Shown here piece after piece: positions 38,526 to 48,252 of a stretch of 64,000 bases of DNA. A model generated the notes under the pieces. It saw nothing but the letters and a program-made list of their open reading frames with translations, did not search any database and was not told the origin of the DNA. The stretch covers positions 1,088,001 through 1,152,000 of the forward strand of contig OZ240248.1 of NCBI GenBank assembly GCA_965198235.1, given 5' to 3'. The DNA comes from Candidatus Poribacteria bacterium (GTDB taxonomy: Bacteria > Poribacteria > WGA-4E > WGA-3G). The translations under genes and the position numbers were made by a program. The first letter of the stretch is position 1. The number at the start of each line of letters is the position of its first letter.

Positions 38526-40568
38526 TTGATACAAAAGTTAAAGGATAACATCTTTCTTGTAGTCGCAGTGCTGCTGTGTCTCTTTATCTTAGCCGAGGTC
38601 AACTATCCGCAGCTGACACCGCAATCAGAGTTAGCACTCTTCGCGATGCTGGGCTTAATAGTGGTATTTTTGAGATACCCTGTTCATCCACGTTTTGTGA
38701 ACAATCGTGCTTTCCGACTTTTGGATGTCGTGCTAATAGGCAGTGTGGTTATCTGTTTTGGCTACGTTCTGGGTCAGACGGAACCTATTTTTCAGACGTT
38801 CTGGTTAGACGGTAGGTCCCTCGGTGACCGGGCGGGAGCGGAGTTGCCACTGGATTACATCATCGGTGGGATTGGACTTATCTTAATATTAGAAGCGACG
38901 CGCCGTTCTATTGGTGTGACGCTTCCACTGCTCTCTCTCGCATTTCTTCTCTATGCCGGCTTTGGGCAGTTTATGCCGGATTGGTTGTTCCCGCATCGCG
39001 GGTATTCCGTTCAACGCATCGTCAGCCAGACGTTTTTACACAGTCAAGGTGCTTTTGGTATCGCACTTCGGGTAATGTTCACCTATGTTTTTCTGTTTGT
39101 ATTGTTTGGGACGTTGTTGGAGCGAACAGGGGCGACTAATTATGTCTTGGATTTGGCGGGGCGCGTGTTCGGTTCGAGTACAGGTGCACCTGCAAAGGTC
39201 GCTGTCCTGAGTAGCGGCATGATGGGATCGCTATCGGGTTCGGCTGTGGCAAACACGGCAACGACCGGTACATTCACGATTCCGTTGATGCAACGCGCAG
39301 GATTTCAACCAGCAATAGCAGGCGGAATTGAAGCCGCAGCGAGTTCTGGTGGCGCGTTGGTTCCGCCTATTATGGGCGCAGCCGCGTATATGATGCTGGA
39401 AATCGTGGAGCCTGCTGTTACGTATCTGGAGATTATCAAGGCGGCACTGCTTCCTGCAATTCTTTACTATACAGGGATGCTGTGCATGGTACACTTTGCG
39501 GCGAAGAGTAGTAGACATGCACTCGGTGCCATTCATAGTCCTGAAGAAGTGACTGACGACGATCGGGAGGAAAAACACGGGGAATTTCTGACGCTGCAAG
39601 GCGGTATCTTTCTCGCCGCGTTTGTTACGCTTATCGGGGTCCTGCTGATGGGTGCGACAGCGTTCCGCGCGGTGAGTTGGAGTCTATTGGTAGTCGTCGT
39701 GATAAGCCTGTTGAACTTCTTGGTCCGCCGAATCCACGGACAGCACTCGGCAACTGAAAGGCATCGCGATTTGGAGATCGCTCCTACCGGTATTGGCGTT
39801 TCGGATTTGCTGAAAGGGGTGAACTTCTTAATATCGCCTTGTGAGCGGGCAGCGCAGAGCGGTGTGTCATTGATTGCGGCTGCAGCATGTGTCGGTATCA
39901 TCTTAGGGGTGGTGACGCTGACGGGCATCGGTGGCAAGTTGCCGTCGATGCTCTTACCGCTTGCGTCTACGAACCTGATGTTGGCACTGTTCTTCCTTAT
40001 GATTTCAACGATTATTCTCGGGATGGGGTTGCCTTCATCGGTCTGTTATCTGCTAATGGCGATCTTGGTAGGTCCCGTACTTCTGGACTTAGGAGTCGTT
40101 CCGCTTGCGGCGCACTTTTTCATTTTCTATTTTGGGATGATGTCGATGGTGACCCCACCTGTCGCATTGGCGGCGTATGCTGCGTCTGCCATCGCGGGTT
40201 CCGGGATAATGGCAACGGGGTTCGCGGCGTTCAGGTTCGCTCTCGTCGGTTTTGCGCTGCCTTACGCGTTTGTTTTGAGACCCGCACTGCTCTGGCTCAG
40301 TGAGAGTGGGGGAACACCAGGGCTATGGACAGTTTTCGTGAATTTTTCGCTGACGCTCATCGGGACGGTTATCTTGGCAACTGCTATCGCTGGTTATATC
40401 TTTAACAGATTATCGTTTTGGACGCGCTGCCTCCTGTTTGCTGCGGCACTCATTCTCTTTTTTGTTCCGACGGGTATACAATTTGTGTGGATTCATGGGA
40501 TAGTAGCCCTTACGAGTGTTGCCATTTTCTACTATAATAGCCGTCAGCCATCAACCATCAGCGATTAG
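38526..40568 (+). CDS. TRAP transporter fused 4TM/12TM permease
   Basis: SGSAVAN, IEAAASSGG..PPIMGAAA, LGMGLP and TPPVALAA; start approximate. Confidence 0.88.
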   Translation: MIQKLKDNIFLVVAVLLCLFILAEVNYPQLTPQSELALFAMLGLIVVFLRYPVHPRFVNNRAFRLLDVVLIGSVVICFGYVLGQTEPIFQTFWLDGRSLGDRAGAELPLDYIIGGIGLILILEATRRSIGVTLPLLSLAFLLYAGFGQFMPDWLFPHRGYSVQRIVSQTFLHSQGAFGIALRVMFTYVFLFVLFGTLLERTGATNYVLDLAGRVFGSSTGAPAKVAVLSSGMMGSLSGSAVANTATTGTFTIPLMQRAGFQPAIAGGIEAAASSGGALVPPIMGAAAYMMLEIVEPAVTYLEIIKAALLPAILYYTGMLCMVHFAAKSSRHALGAIHSPEEVTDDDREEKHGEFLTLQGGIFLAAFVTLIGVLLMGATAFRAVSWSLLVVVVISLLNFLVRRIHGQHSATERHRDLEIAPTGIGVSDLLKGVNFLISPCERAAQSGVSLIAAAACVGIILGVVTLTGIGGKLPSMLLPLASTNLMLALFFLMISTIILGMGLPSSVCYLLMAILVGPVLLDLGVVPLAAHFFIFYFGMMSMVTPPVALAAYAASAIAGSGIMATGFAAFRFALVGFALPYAFVLRPALLWLSESGGTPGLWTVFVNFSLTLIGTVILATAIAGYIFNRLSFWTRCLLFAAALILFFVPTGIQFVWIHGIVALTSVAIFYYNSRQPSTISD

Positions 40569-40604
40569 CAAGAAAATCTCTTTGCTCAAAACAGTCAGAA
40601 GAAT

Positions 40605-40680
40605 GGTTATCGGTTACAAGAGGTCTCTGTTAAACGAAAATCTCTTAACTGACAACCGACAGCCGACAACCGATAGCCAT
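40605..40680. repeat. Element with heptamer-repeat (CTGACAR/CCGATAR) inverted ends; similar at 48130-48155, 51997-52118, 53580-53693 and 60640-60663
   Basis: ggttatcggtta...taactgacaaccgacagccgacaaccgatagcc. Confidence 0.55.
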
Positions 40681-40701
40681 TAAGAAAAAAGGAGGGGCCT
40701 C

Positions 40702-40902
40702 ATGAAACGTCCGATTAGATGGTTCTTATACTGTTTGCTCGTGCTATTCTTCCTACTTCACAACGATTTTTGGCTCTGGGAAACCCCTCAGTTTGTTTTA
40801 GGGTTGCCGGTAGGGTTGCTCTATCATATAGGGTTCTGCCTTGCAGCAATGTTGCTGATGGCGGCTTTCGTCAAAGAGCGAGGGGATTGGGGAGCACGAT
40901 GA
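40702..40902 (+). CDS. DUF3311-like small membrane protein partnering the symporter
   Basis: LHNDFWLW..P..VLGLPVGLLYH; overlaps the symporter start (ATGA). Confidence 0.75.
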   Translation: MKRPIRWFLYCLLVLFFLLHNDFWLWETPQFVLGLPVGLLYHIGFCLAAMLLMAAFVKERGDWGAR

Positions 40903-42359
40903 GCCTTGCGGTCATTTTTATATACCTTGCTATGGTCTTGGTTCTCGGTGCGCTGAGCCATAAACTTTTCCGAAATACCGGAGAAGATTACTTTGTTGCG
41001 AGTCGGACGATTAATTGGTTTATCTTGTTGATGACGCTTTTCGGCACGAACATGACAGCGTTCTCGATCCTCGGTGCATCGGGTGAAGCCTACCATAGGG
41101 GTATCGGTGTTTTTGCCCTGATGGCTTCTTCCTCGGCGATAGTTGTGCCGTGTGTATTCCTCTTTATCGGGACTCGTCTATGGCGGCTTGGAAAACGGTT
41201 TGGTTATGTGACACAGGTACAGTACTTCCGGGACCGGTGGGAGTCCGATGGTTTAGGATTGCTCCTCTTCGTCGTGTTTGTGTTGTTGCTTATCCCGTAT
41301 CTGCTTATCGGTGTGATGGGCGGTGGCGGAACATTGGCAACACTCACGGATGGCAAAATTCCGCAGTGGGTAGGCGGCTTACTCATTTGTGCTGTTGTTC
41401 TCTGTTACGTTACCTACAGCGGTATGCGGGGCACTGCCTGGGTGAACACATTCCAAACGCTCGTTTTCATGACCCTTGGAGGCATCACCTTTTTTGTCAT
41501 CACGAATCGGATGGGCGGGTTTTCAGATGCTATTTCTAAAGTGGACATGGGTTTACTGATGCAGGCGGAGCATATCAAGCCGTTGGAACTGTTAACGTAT
41601 CTCTGTATTCCCCTTTGTGTCGGCATGTTTCCACATATCTTTTCGCATTTCCTAACGGCGAAAGATGTCGGGACGTTCCGTTATGCGATTATTTTCTATC
41701 CGTTGTGTATTGCGGTTGTGTGGATTCCGAGCGTGCTGCTGGGAATATTGGGAAACGTGGATGTCCCAGGTTTGCAAGGGGCGCAGGCGAACAATGTGCT
41801 GATTCAGATGATTCATATACACGCCCCTGGCGTTTTAGCTGGGTTTTTGGGGGCGGGAGTCTTCGCGGCGATTATGTCATCGTTGGATTCGCAATCGCTT
41901 GCTATCGGAAGTATGTTCACGCACGATATTGTCGGACATTATCGTCGGGAAGCGTTTTCGGAGAGGCAACGGGTGTGGGTAGGACGGTTATTTGTGAGCG
42001 GCGTGCTTTGCGTTACCTATCTCATCTCGCTCATTGCGACACCGAGTATTTTTAGACTTGCTGTTTGGTCGTTCACTGGATTTGCGGGTCTTTTTCCGAT
42101 TGTAGTTGCGGCGTTGTTCTGGCAGCGTAGCACAAAGCAGGGCGTGTTCGCCGCAATCATAAGTGTTATTCTGTTATGGTTCTATTTCTTGCTCCAAAAC
42201 TGGCAGACACCAGGGTATAGTGTCGGTGGCATTGGGATTATGCCTGCTGCGATTCTAATCGTTGTTTCGTCTGTCGCGCTGATAATTGTTTCTTTGCTCA
42301 CGAAACCGCCGCAATTACAAACGCTTGAGAAGTTTTTTGATGAATTAGGGTCTCACTAA
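40899..42359 (+). CDS. Sodium:solute symporter family protein
   Basis: EDYFVASR, GMRGTAW and AAIMSSLDSQ. Confidence 0.9.
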   Translation: MSLAVIFIYLAMVLVLGALSHKLFRNTGEDYFVASRTINWFILLMTLFGTNMTAFSILGASGEAYHRGIGVFALMASSSAIVVPCVFLFIGTRLWRLGKRFGYVTQVQYFRDRWESDGLGLLLFVVFVLLLIPYLLIGVMGGGGTLATLTDGKIPQWVGGLLICAVVLCYVTYSGMRGTAWVNTFQTLVFMTLGGITFFVITNRMGGFSDAISKVDMGLLMQAEHIKPLELLTYLCIPLCVGMFPHIFSHFLTAKDVGTFRYAIIFYPLCIAVVWIPSVLLGILGNVDVPGLQGAQANNVLIQMIHIHAPGVLAGFLGAGVFAAIMSSLDSQSLAIGSMFTHDIVGHYRREAFSERQRVWVGRLFVSGVLCVTYLISLIATPSIFRLAVWSFTGFAGLFPIVVAALFWQRSTKQGVFAAIISVILLWFYFLLQNWQTPGYSVGGIGIMPAAILIVVSSVALIIVSLLTKPPQLQTLEKFFDELGSH

Positions 42360-42438
42360 CGAGACACGAAGACTTTGCACCACAAATGCGACTTAAAGTA
42401 AATGTAAAAGATTTGAGAAAAAGGATGGTAAATACACC

Positions 42439-43218
42439 GTGACGCTCAAAATAAATATCTCGCTTTTCCTACTGATGGCTTGCATTTTCGCATGCGGGGA
42501 AGCGGAAGAGACAACTGAACCCGAACCTGAAAAACCGGCAATGCTCGAATACGGCACGGTCTCTGGAACCATCACCGATGCTGGAACAGGAAATCGTATT
42601 CCCGGGGCAACTGTGACGCTACTGGGACAGTCCTTTGAAACTGGCGTGGATGGCAAGTACACTTTTCAAGGTGTTCTTTACAGAGATGTTCATACCTTGA
42701 CCGTTACGGATCCAGATTATAAGCCGTATAGCCAGCCGCTTGTGCTTAGACAAGAACGATTGGTTGCCGATATTGCGTTGACACCACTGAAGGATCCAGT
42801 GGTGGAGATACAGGAATTTTTTGACAATTTTGCTGCCCTGCTTGAGTCGGTAGATATGGAAAACATAGAGGCGATTCAAGCACTCTTCTCGGAAGCCTAC
42901 GTCGCTGCGGACGATCCAGCCACACTTTTCGGCGTGGCGTCAGGAATTATTCCTGAAAATTATGCAGATGTCGCTCCGGCGATGACACAACTTTTTGAGG
43001 AGTACGTCTCGCTTCAATTCCTATTCCAAGATATAGAAATGGATATAACGCATGCACGGAAGACGGCAGCGACGCTTCAGTTAGATGTTAACGCCGAAAA
43101 AGGGGAGGAACGTGACTTGCGGGAGATTAAAGCCAGCTGCAAATTTGAATTCCGTCGTGAAGAATCGGATTGGAAAATTGTGTATTGGCAGCTTTTTGAG
43201 TTAGATATCCGCTTATGA
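42439..43218 (+). CDS. Lipoprotein with carboxypeptidase-regulatory-like domain
   Basis: Lipobox IFAC; GTVSGTITDAGTG..IPGATV. Confidence 0.7.
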   Translation: MTLKINISLFLLMACIFACGEAEETTEPEPEKPAMLEYGTVSGTITDAGTGNRIPGATVTLLGQSFETGVDGKYTFQGVLYRDVHTLTVTDPDYKPYSQPLVLRQERLVADIALTPLKDPVVEIQEFFDNFAALLESVDMENIEAIQALFSEAYVAADDPATLFGVASGIIPENYADVAPAMTQLFEEYVSLQFLFQDIEMDITHARKTAATLQLDVNAEKGEERDLREIKASCKFEFRREESDWKIVYWQLFELDIRL

Positions 43219-44190
43219 TTCTGATGGTTTTACGAGTGTGCCGTCCCTCTCGGACTCAAGACCTTTGGTCGCGGACAAAAAATTTGCGAGGGCTGCAAAT
43301 TCCGTGATGTCCAATGTTTCAGCACGCCGCTCTGGAGCTATACCGAGTTCCTCAAAAGCAGTCTCCAATACCTTCGCCGATGTCAGCCTACTTCTAACTA
43401 ATGAATTTTTTAGCATCTTCCGCCGCGTCCGAAACGCTGTCCGTACGACTTTAAAGAAGAATTCCTCATTTTCAACCCTAACCTTTGGATTTTGGCGCAT
43501 TGTCAGTTTTAGGAGCGCAGAGTCTACTTTGGGTGCCGGATAAAAGTTTTCTGGTGACAGCGTGGTGATGAGCGTCGCATCAGTACGATAAGCGACACCA
43601 ATTGTCAATGCGCCGTAGTCCTTTCCGCCCGGTTCAGCAACAATCCTTTCTGCTACTTCCTTCTGCATCATCAAAACGCAACTATGAATCTGTTTGTAAT
43701 GATCGAGGATTTTCCACAAGACGGGAGTCGTGATGTTATATGGCAGGTTCGCTATGACTTTAAATGTAGTGGGCACGGGCTCTGTACCGGAACACAATAG
43801 CGAATGGAGTTCCAGTTTGAGGATGTCAGCGTTAAGGAGTTGAACGTGTGAATCTATCGATTTCTGTATAGCAAGTTTTGGAAACCCGCAAACTGCGCTA
43901 CTTTCAACAGCAAGTTTTGGCTTGCAAGCTGCGCCAAAACGGGCTGCTAACGCGTTGTATAACAATGCGTCCACTTCAACGGCAATTACGCGTTTGGCAC
44001 GCCGTGCCAAAGCATCCGTGAGACATCCTAAACCGGCACCGATTTCTATGACTGTGTCGGTATCCGTGAGTTCTCCTGCTTCGAGGATAATTTCGAGGAT
44101 TTCTGGATTAACGAGGAAGTTTTGTCCTAATTGTTTTTTGGGGCGGGTATGATTTAGCGCAAAAAAGCCGCGGATCTGTTGGTGATTCAT
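43213..44190 (-). CDS. rsmA: 16S rRNA m6,2A dimethyltransferase with an in-frame repeat insertion
   Basis: KKQLGQNFL, IEIGAGLG, ANLPYNI, QKEVAER and PAPKVDS. Confidence 0.95.
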   Translation of the reverse strand: MNHQQIRGFFALNHTRPKKQLGQNFLVNPEILEIILEAGELTDTDTVIEIGAGLGCLTDALARRAKRVIAVEVDALLYNALAARFGAACKPKLAVESSAVCGFPKLAIQKSIDSHVQLLNADILKLELHSLLCSGTEPVPTTFKVIANLPYNITTPVLWKILDHYKQIHSCVLMMQKEVAERIVAEPGGKDYGALTIGVAYRTDATLITTLSPENFYPAPKVDSALLKLTMRQNPKVRVENEEFFFKVVRTAFRTRRKMLKNSLVRSRLTSAKVLETAFEELGIAPERRAETLDITEFAALANFLSATKGLESERDGTLVKPSES

Positions 44191-44318
44191 TTTTTAATTT
44201 ATGGGCACCTGGGCTGCGCTCCACTACGTTACGCACAGGTTTCCGATTGATTCGCGACTGGATTTGAAGATTTGATTGATTTTTCAGAAGAACTGGTTAA
44301 TCCCTATTCTCAAGGGAT

Positions 44319-45554
44319 TTACTTCTTTCGCATCCTGAGGGAAACAACCTTTGTCAAAATGATGTCTGCCACGTCGCGCTTTGAGGAACGTGGCAGTTGT
44401 TCGCAGGTGCCATCTTGGTCCAGCAAGGTTACGATATTCGTATCGACTTCGAATCCCGCTCCCTCCGCAAGGATGTCATTCGCGACAATGAGATCGCAGT
44501 TTTTGCGTATCAACTTCTTTTTGGCGTTCTCAAGGAGGTCGTTCGTTTCGGCGGCAAAGCAGACGAGGATTTGGTTCGTTTTCTGTTCGCCAAGCGTCTG
44601 CGCGATGTCCGGATTCCTTTCAAGTGGAAGTGTCAAGGTTTCGGTAGTTTTTTTGATTTTATGGGGCGTAAATTCGCTCGGTCGATAATCGGCAGGCGCG
44701 CCCGCCATGATGACAATGTCTGTTTCGTTGAAAACTTTCAAAACCGCATCGTGCATCTCAAGCGTCGTCTCGACGTGCTGGATCTCAATGCCGACGGGGG
44801 CGGGGACAGTGGCGGTACCGCTAATTAGACGCACCTCTGCGCCTCGCTGTGCAGCCGCTTCAGCAATGGCGTATCCCATCTTGCCGCTGGATCGATTGGT
44901 AATAAATCGGACCGGGTCGATGTATTCGCGCGTTGCCCCTGCTGTGACGAGAACGCGTGCCCCTTGTAAATCGTGTGCTTCGACTTTGGGTCCAGGGTCC
45001 GATCTCGTATCAGCAAGAATATTACTTGCCCCTTGCAGGATTGCCTCTATTGTATTCAGGCGTCCTGTGCCTTCATAGCCGCACGCTAAGTCACCACTGT
45101 CGGGTTCAATGAAATGGATCCCATGCTTTTTCAAGGTATCGATATTCCGCTGCACAAACGGATTGTGGTACATGTGTCCGTTCATGGCGGGTGCGAGGAG
45201 GATTGGGCAGTGAACGGAAACAGCAACGGTGGAAAGCGCGTCATCAGCGATGCCGTTTGCCATTTTACCGATGATATTCGCTGTAGCAGGGACGATTGTG
45301 AGTAGATCCGCACGGTCGGCGAGGTCGATATGAGGAGGTTTCCAGTCTGTTCCAGCGTCAAATAGGTTCAGGAGAACAGGATTCCGCGAGATGACTTGGA
45401 ATTGCAAAGGTTGGACAAGACGGGTGGCGTTTTCCGTCATTACAACGTGGACAGAGGCACCGTCTTTGACGAGCTGGCTTGCCAAGTCAATCGATTTGTG
45501 GATGGCTATGCCGCCTGTAACACCTAAGATAATCGTCCGCTCTCTAAATTCCAT
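44319..45554 (-). CDS. coaBC: Bifunctional phosphopantothenoylcysteine decarboxylase/synthetase
   Basis: GVTGGIA, PATAN, APAMN, LACG..G.GR and DPVRFITNRSSGKMG. Confidence 0.96.
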   Translation of the reverse strand: MEFRERTIILGVTGGIAIHKSIDLASQLVKDGASVHVVMTENATRLVQPLQFQVISRNPVLLNLFDAGTDWKPPHIDLADRADLLTIVPATANIIGKMANGIADDALSTVAVSVHCPILLAPAMNGHMYHNPFVQRNIDTLKKHGIHFIEPDSGDLACGYEGTGRLNTIEAILQGASNILADTRSDPGPKVEAHDLQGARVLVTAGATREYIDPVRFITNRSSGKMGYAIAEAAAQRGAEVRLISGTATVPAPVGIEIQHVETTLEMHDAVLKVFNETDIVIMAGAPADYRPSEFTPHKIKKTTETLTLPLERNPDIAQTLGEQKTNQILVCFAAETNDLLENAKKKLIRKNCDLIVANDILAEGAGFEVDTNIVTLLDQDGTCEQLPRSSKRDVADIILTKVVSLRMRKK

Positions 45555-45565
45555 GTTTTTCAGGA

Positions 45566-45736
45566 TTACAAGATTTTATTGGGGCAATCTGATTGTTTCT
45601 CAGCATCGGCCTTTGCTTGTTTCTCGTAATATTCGGCTTCTATACGTTCTATGCGCGCCTCTTCGTAATCTCCAAGATCCCAAACCTCTAAAATGTCAAG
45701 CAAGGTATCCTGATCAGGTTCCGGCCACTCCCTCAT
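45566..45736 (-). CDS. Small acidic hypothetical protein (56 aa), not in the ORF track
   Basis: GGAGG RBS; MREWPEPDQDTLLDILEVWDLGDYEEARIERIEAEYYEKQAKADAEKQSDCPNKIL; ends 11 nt before coaBC. Confidence 0.65.
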   Translation of the reverse strand: MREWPEPDQDTLLDILEVWDLGDYEEARIERIEAEYYEKQAKADAEKQSDCPNKIL

Positions 45737-45905
45737 GAGCAACCTCCGGTAGGTTGAATGTAAGTCTAATTGTGTTTAGGGCTTACGCAATTTCTAATAA
45801 AGGTCTACGGCCCGTACGCTGCCGGCGAGGCTTCAAACCTTGCCGGCATAGCGAGCTGCGTAATTCCTGGTGTTGCAAACTGATAATTTTTGTTTGTCGT
45901 GTGCT

Positions 45906-46709
45906 TCATGAAATATCGCTGTCTTGGCGATGAGCGAGTTGCTGACGGAGCCGTTCTAGCTCGGCTTCCATTTCCTGTCGTTCCTGTTCTGCTGCTGCTG
46001 CGCGCCTTTCTGCTGCTGCTGCGCGCCTTTCTGCCTCTATCCGAAGGTAATGCTCCTCCATAGAAGTCGTAATCGGCGTGCCATCCGGTAAATACGGACG
46101 TAAAAGCCGCACCTGCGTATCTAACTGTGCTTCCCACCGAAAATAGAGATTTAATGCCTCACTGAACAGCCCCCCTTGTGCGTCAGAGGCAATCTCAACG
46201 ATGTTACCAGACGGACTGCGCCGCCACCCTCGAAACTCCAGCGGCTTCTCCATTTCGGGTTGATGCAGGAAATACTCCTGCGCACCCATATCCCTGAGAT
46301 AGACCTGAACTTTCTCACCCCGATCCTGATCCGCCGTCGCATCCGAAAGGAACTCAAAGATAACCGTGGGGACAGCACCCTCTGACCACGTATAAAAACT
46401 CCGCCGGAGTGGAAACTTAGCAGCACCTAAGACGACGTAAACATCGGGGGCAACGCACTTCGTCATATCGTCTTCACGGTAATAGATAAACGTGTCAACG
46501 CCTATATGGACGTGTGGATGGATCGCAAAATATCGTCCGAGTTGGTCAGCGAGGTTCCTCACCTGTTCGGCGTGAAATTCTGTTGCAGGCATCGGCTCAT
46601 CGTCCTCATAGGGGTATCCTTCTATGTAAATCGTCGGTCTTCCACTCGCTTTTGGAAAGACGGGCATATATTTTTTCTGTTTGAATGCAAAGTCGTTGAG
46701 GGTACCCAT
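45906..46709 (-). CDS. Uma2 family PD-(D/E)xK protein with coiled-coil tail
   Basis: APDVYV, VIFEFLS..T...DRGEK...Y and AERRAAA repeats. Confidence 0.88.
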   Translation of the reverse strand: MGTLNDFAFKQKKYMPVFPKASGRPTIYIEGYPYEDDEPMPATEFHAEQVRNLADQLGRYFAIHPHVHIGVDTFIYYREDDMTKCVAPDVYVVLGAAKFPLRRSFYTWSEGAVPTVIFEFLSDATADQDRGEKVQVYLRDMGAQEYFLHQPEMEKPLEFRGWRRSPSGNIVEIASDAQGGLFSEALNLYFRWEAQLDTQVRLLRPYLPDGTPITTSMEEHYLRIEAERRAAAAERRAAAAEQERQEMEAELERLRQQLAHRQDSDIS

Positions 46710-46748
46710 AATTTCCTCCGTATCCGTTTACCGTAAATCAAACTTACC

Positions 46749-47402
46749 CTAATCTACGCCATCAATACCGAGTAAAGGGTTGATTGTCTCTATCAGTTTA
46801 GTATCAATGCGAGATCGTTCGGCGGTAATGATAGTCTGAATCTGGTGAACTGCCTGTTGGGTTGCGTTCTCTGGGTTGCTAACCCAGTAGTCGTAATGCT
46901 CAATCTCAAGAACTTCGGATTTTGCTATATCCAATCGTTGTTTCAGTTCCCTCTCCGATTCTGTATCTCTGCGGCGGAGACGTTTCTCCAAGATAGCGAA
47001 TGATGGCGGGACGATAAAGATGAGGATACTTCTTGCCGGTGCGAGGTCTTGCGCTCGGATTTGCAAGGAACCCTTTACCTCAATCTCTAAGATAGCGTCT
47101 TTTCCAGCGGAACGGGCATCGGCAATTTCAGATTTGAGCGTACCGTAGCGGTTGTCGCCATATTCTGCCCATTCTAAGAAACGGTTCTGCTCAATATACT
47201 TTTCAAATTCCGCTTTTGACAGAAAGTGATAATCAACGCCATCTTCTTCACCGGGACGCCGCTTACGCGTTGTCGCAGAGACAGATAAGTGTAAGGTTTC
47301 ATCTGCTTTACAGAGGACATCGATGACGGTGCTTTTCCCTGAACCGGACGGTCCAGAGATGACGATGACGAGGTGCGGTTTATAGAGATGTGTGTTCGCC
47401 AT
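46749..47402 (-). CDS. gmk: Guanylate kinase
   Basis: SGPSGSGKST, SVSATTR..RPGE.DGVDYHF and YGT. Confidence 0.96.
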   Translation of the reverse strand: MANTHLYKPHLVIVISGPSGSGKSTVIDVLCKADETLHLSVSATTRKRRPGEEDGVDYHFLSKAEFEKYIEQNRFLEWAEYGDNRYGTLKSEIADARSAGKDAILEIEVKGSLQIRAQDLAPARSILIFIVPPSFAILEKRLRRRDTESERELKQRLDIAKSEVLEIEHYDYWVSNPENATQQAVHQIQTIITAERSRIDTKLIETINPLLGIDGVD

Positions 47403-47449
47403 TGGAAGCATCGCGCCCTTAGAAAAGATATGTATTGCGTCCGCAAGCG

Positions 47450-47908
47450 TTAGTCTGCGGCTTCAGCAAGTTCCACAAGCACGGGTGATTCAATGCGGAT
47501 AGCGTCCTTGATGCAGACCTCTTCGCACAACTTACAGCCGACACAGTCTTTGGGTTTAACCAATTCGCAGATGCCGAAGAAGCTTTCGGCGTGTTCGCCG
47601 GTTTCTGGGTCCTTGAGCTCAAGACAATCCCATGGGCAGATATGGACACAGAAGTCGCATCCCGAGCAGAGTTCTTCGTAGATAACGGCGACAGGTCGGT
47701 GTGTGGGTCGACGAATGAATTTGCACACCTCTCCGAACTGGTCACGGATTGCCTCGACTGGACAGACCATCCCGCACGCGCTGCAATCAATGCAAATATT
47801 CGGATCAATGATGTGTAGCATGTTCCTATCGCCGGTTATTGCATCAACCGGGCAGTTCGTCAAACACGCCATACACCCGATACATTCGTCAGTGATATAG
47901 TATGCCAT
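47450..47908 (-). CDS. Polyferredoxin with four [4Fe-4S] motifs
   Basis: Four CxxCxxCxxxC motifs. Confidence 0.88.
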   Translation of the reverse strand: MAYYITDECIGCMACLTNCPVDAITGDRNMLHIIDPNICIDCSACGMVCPVEAIRDQFGEVCKFIRRPTHRPVAVIYEELCSGCDFCVHICPWDCLELKDPETGEHAESFFGICELVKPKDCVGCKLCEEVCIKDAIRIESPVLVELAEAAD

Positions 47909-48029
47909 AAGTCTTTTTCCTGTTTTTGGCGCAGCTTACAACGCCGGGGCCCCCACCCGTTACTGGGAAGGGGCTAAACTTGCTATTCTAAAATCAGGCA
48001 AAATCTTTACTAATACGCTCAGTACATAT

Positions 48030-48058
48030 ATTTTAACACAATCTTTATAAATTGTCAA
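48030..48058 (-). promoter_or_regulatory. sigma70 promoter of the ferredoxin-gmk operon
   Basis: TTGACA-N17-TAAAAT. Confidence 0.6.
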
Positions 48059-48252
48059 GCGTGTTTTTATTTCAATCAAGGTCATTCAATTTTCCTGTAG
48101 GAGGGATCTCCGAATCCCGACTCCTTCTTGCTGACCGCTGACGACTGACGACTATCCCGTTGATATTTTTCACGATTATCCGCTATAATAGCAACATAGA
48201 AATATTAGGGCTTGCTTTTAAGCCCATACTACAAAAGGAAATGGGAGATCTA

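Noticed and set aside
45990-46037. 21-bp tandem repeat in the Uma2 gene
   Set aside because: It encodes the ordinary coiled-coil tail typical of this family.
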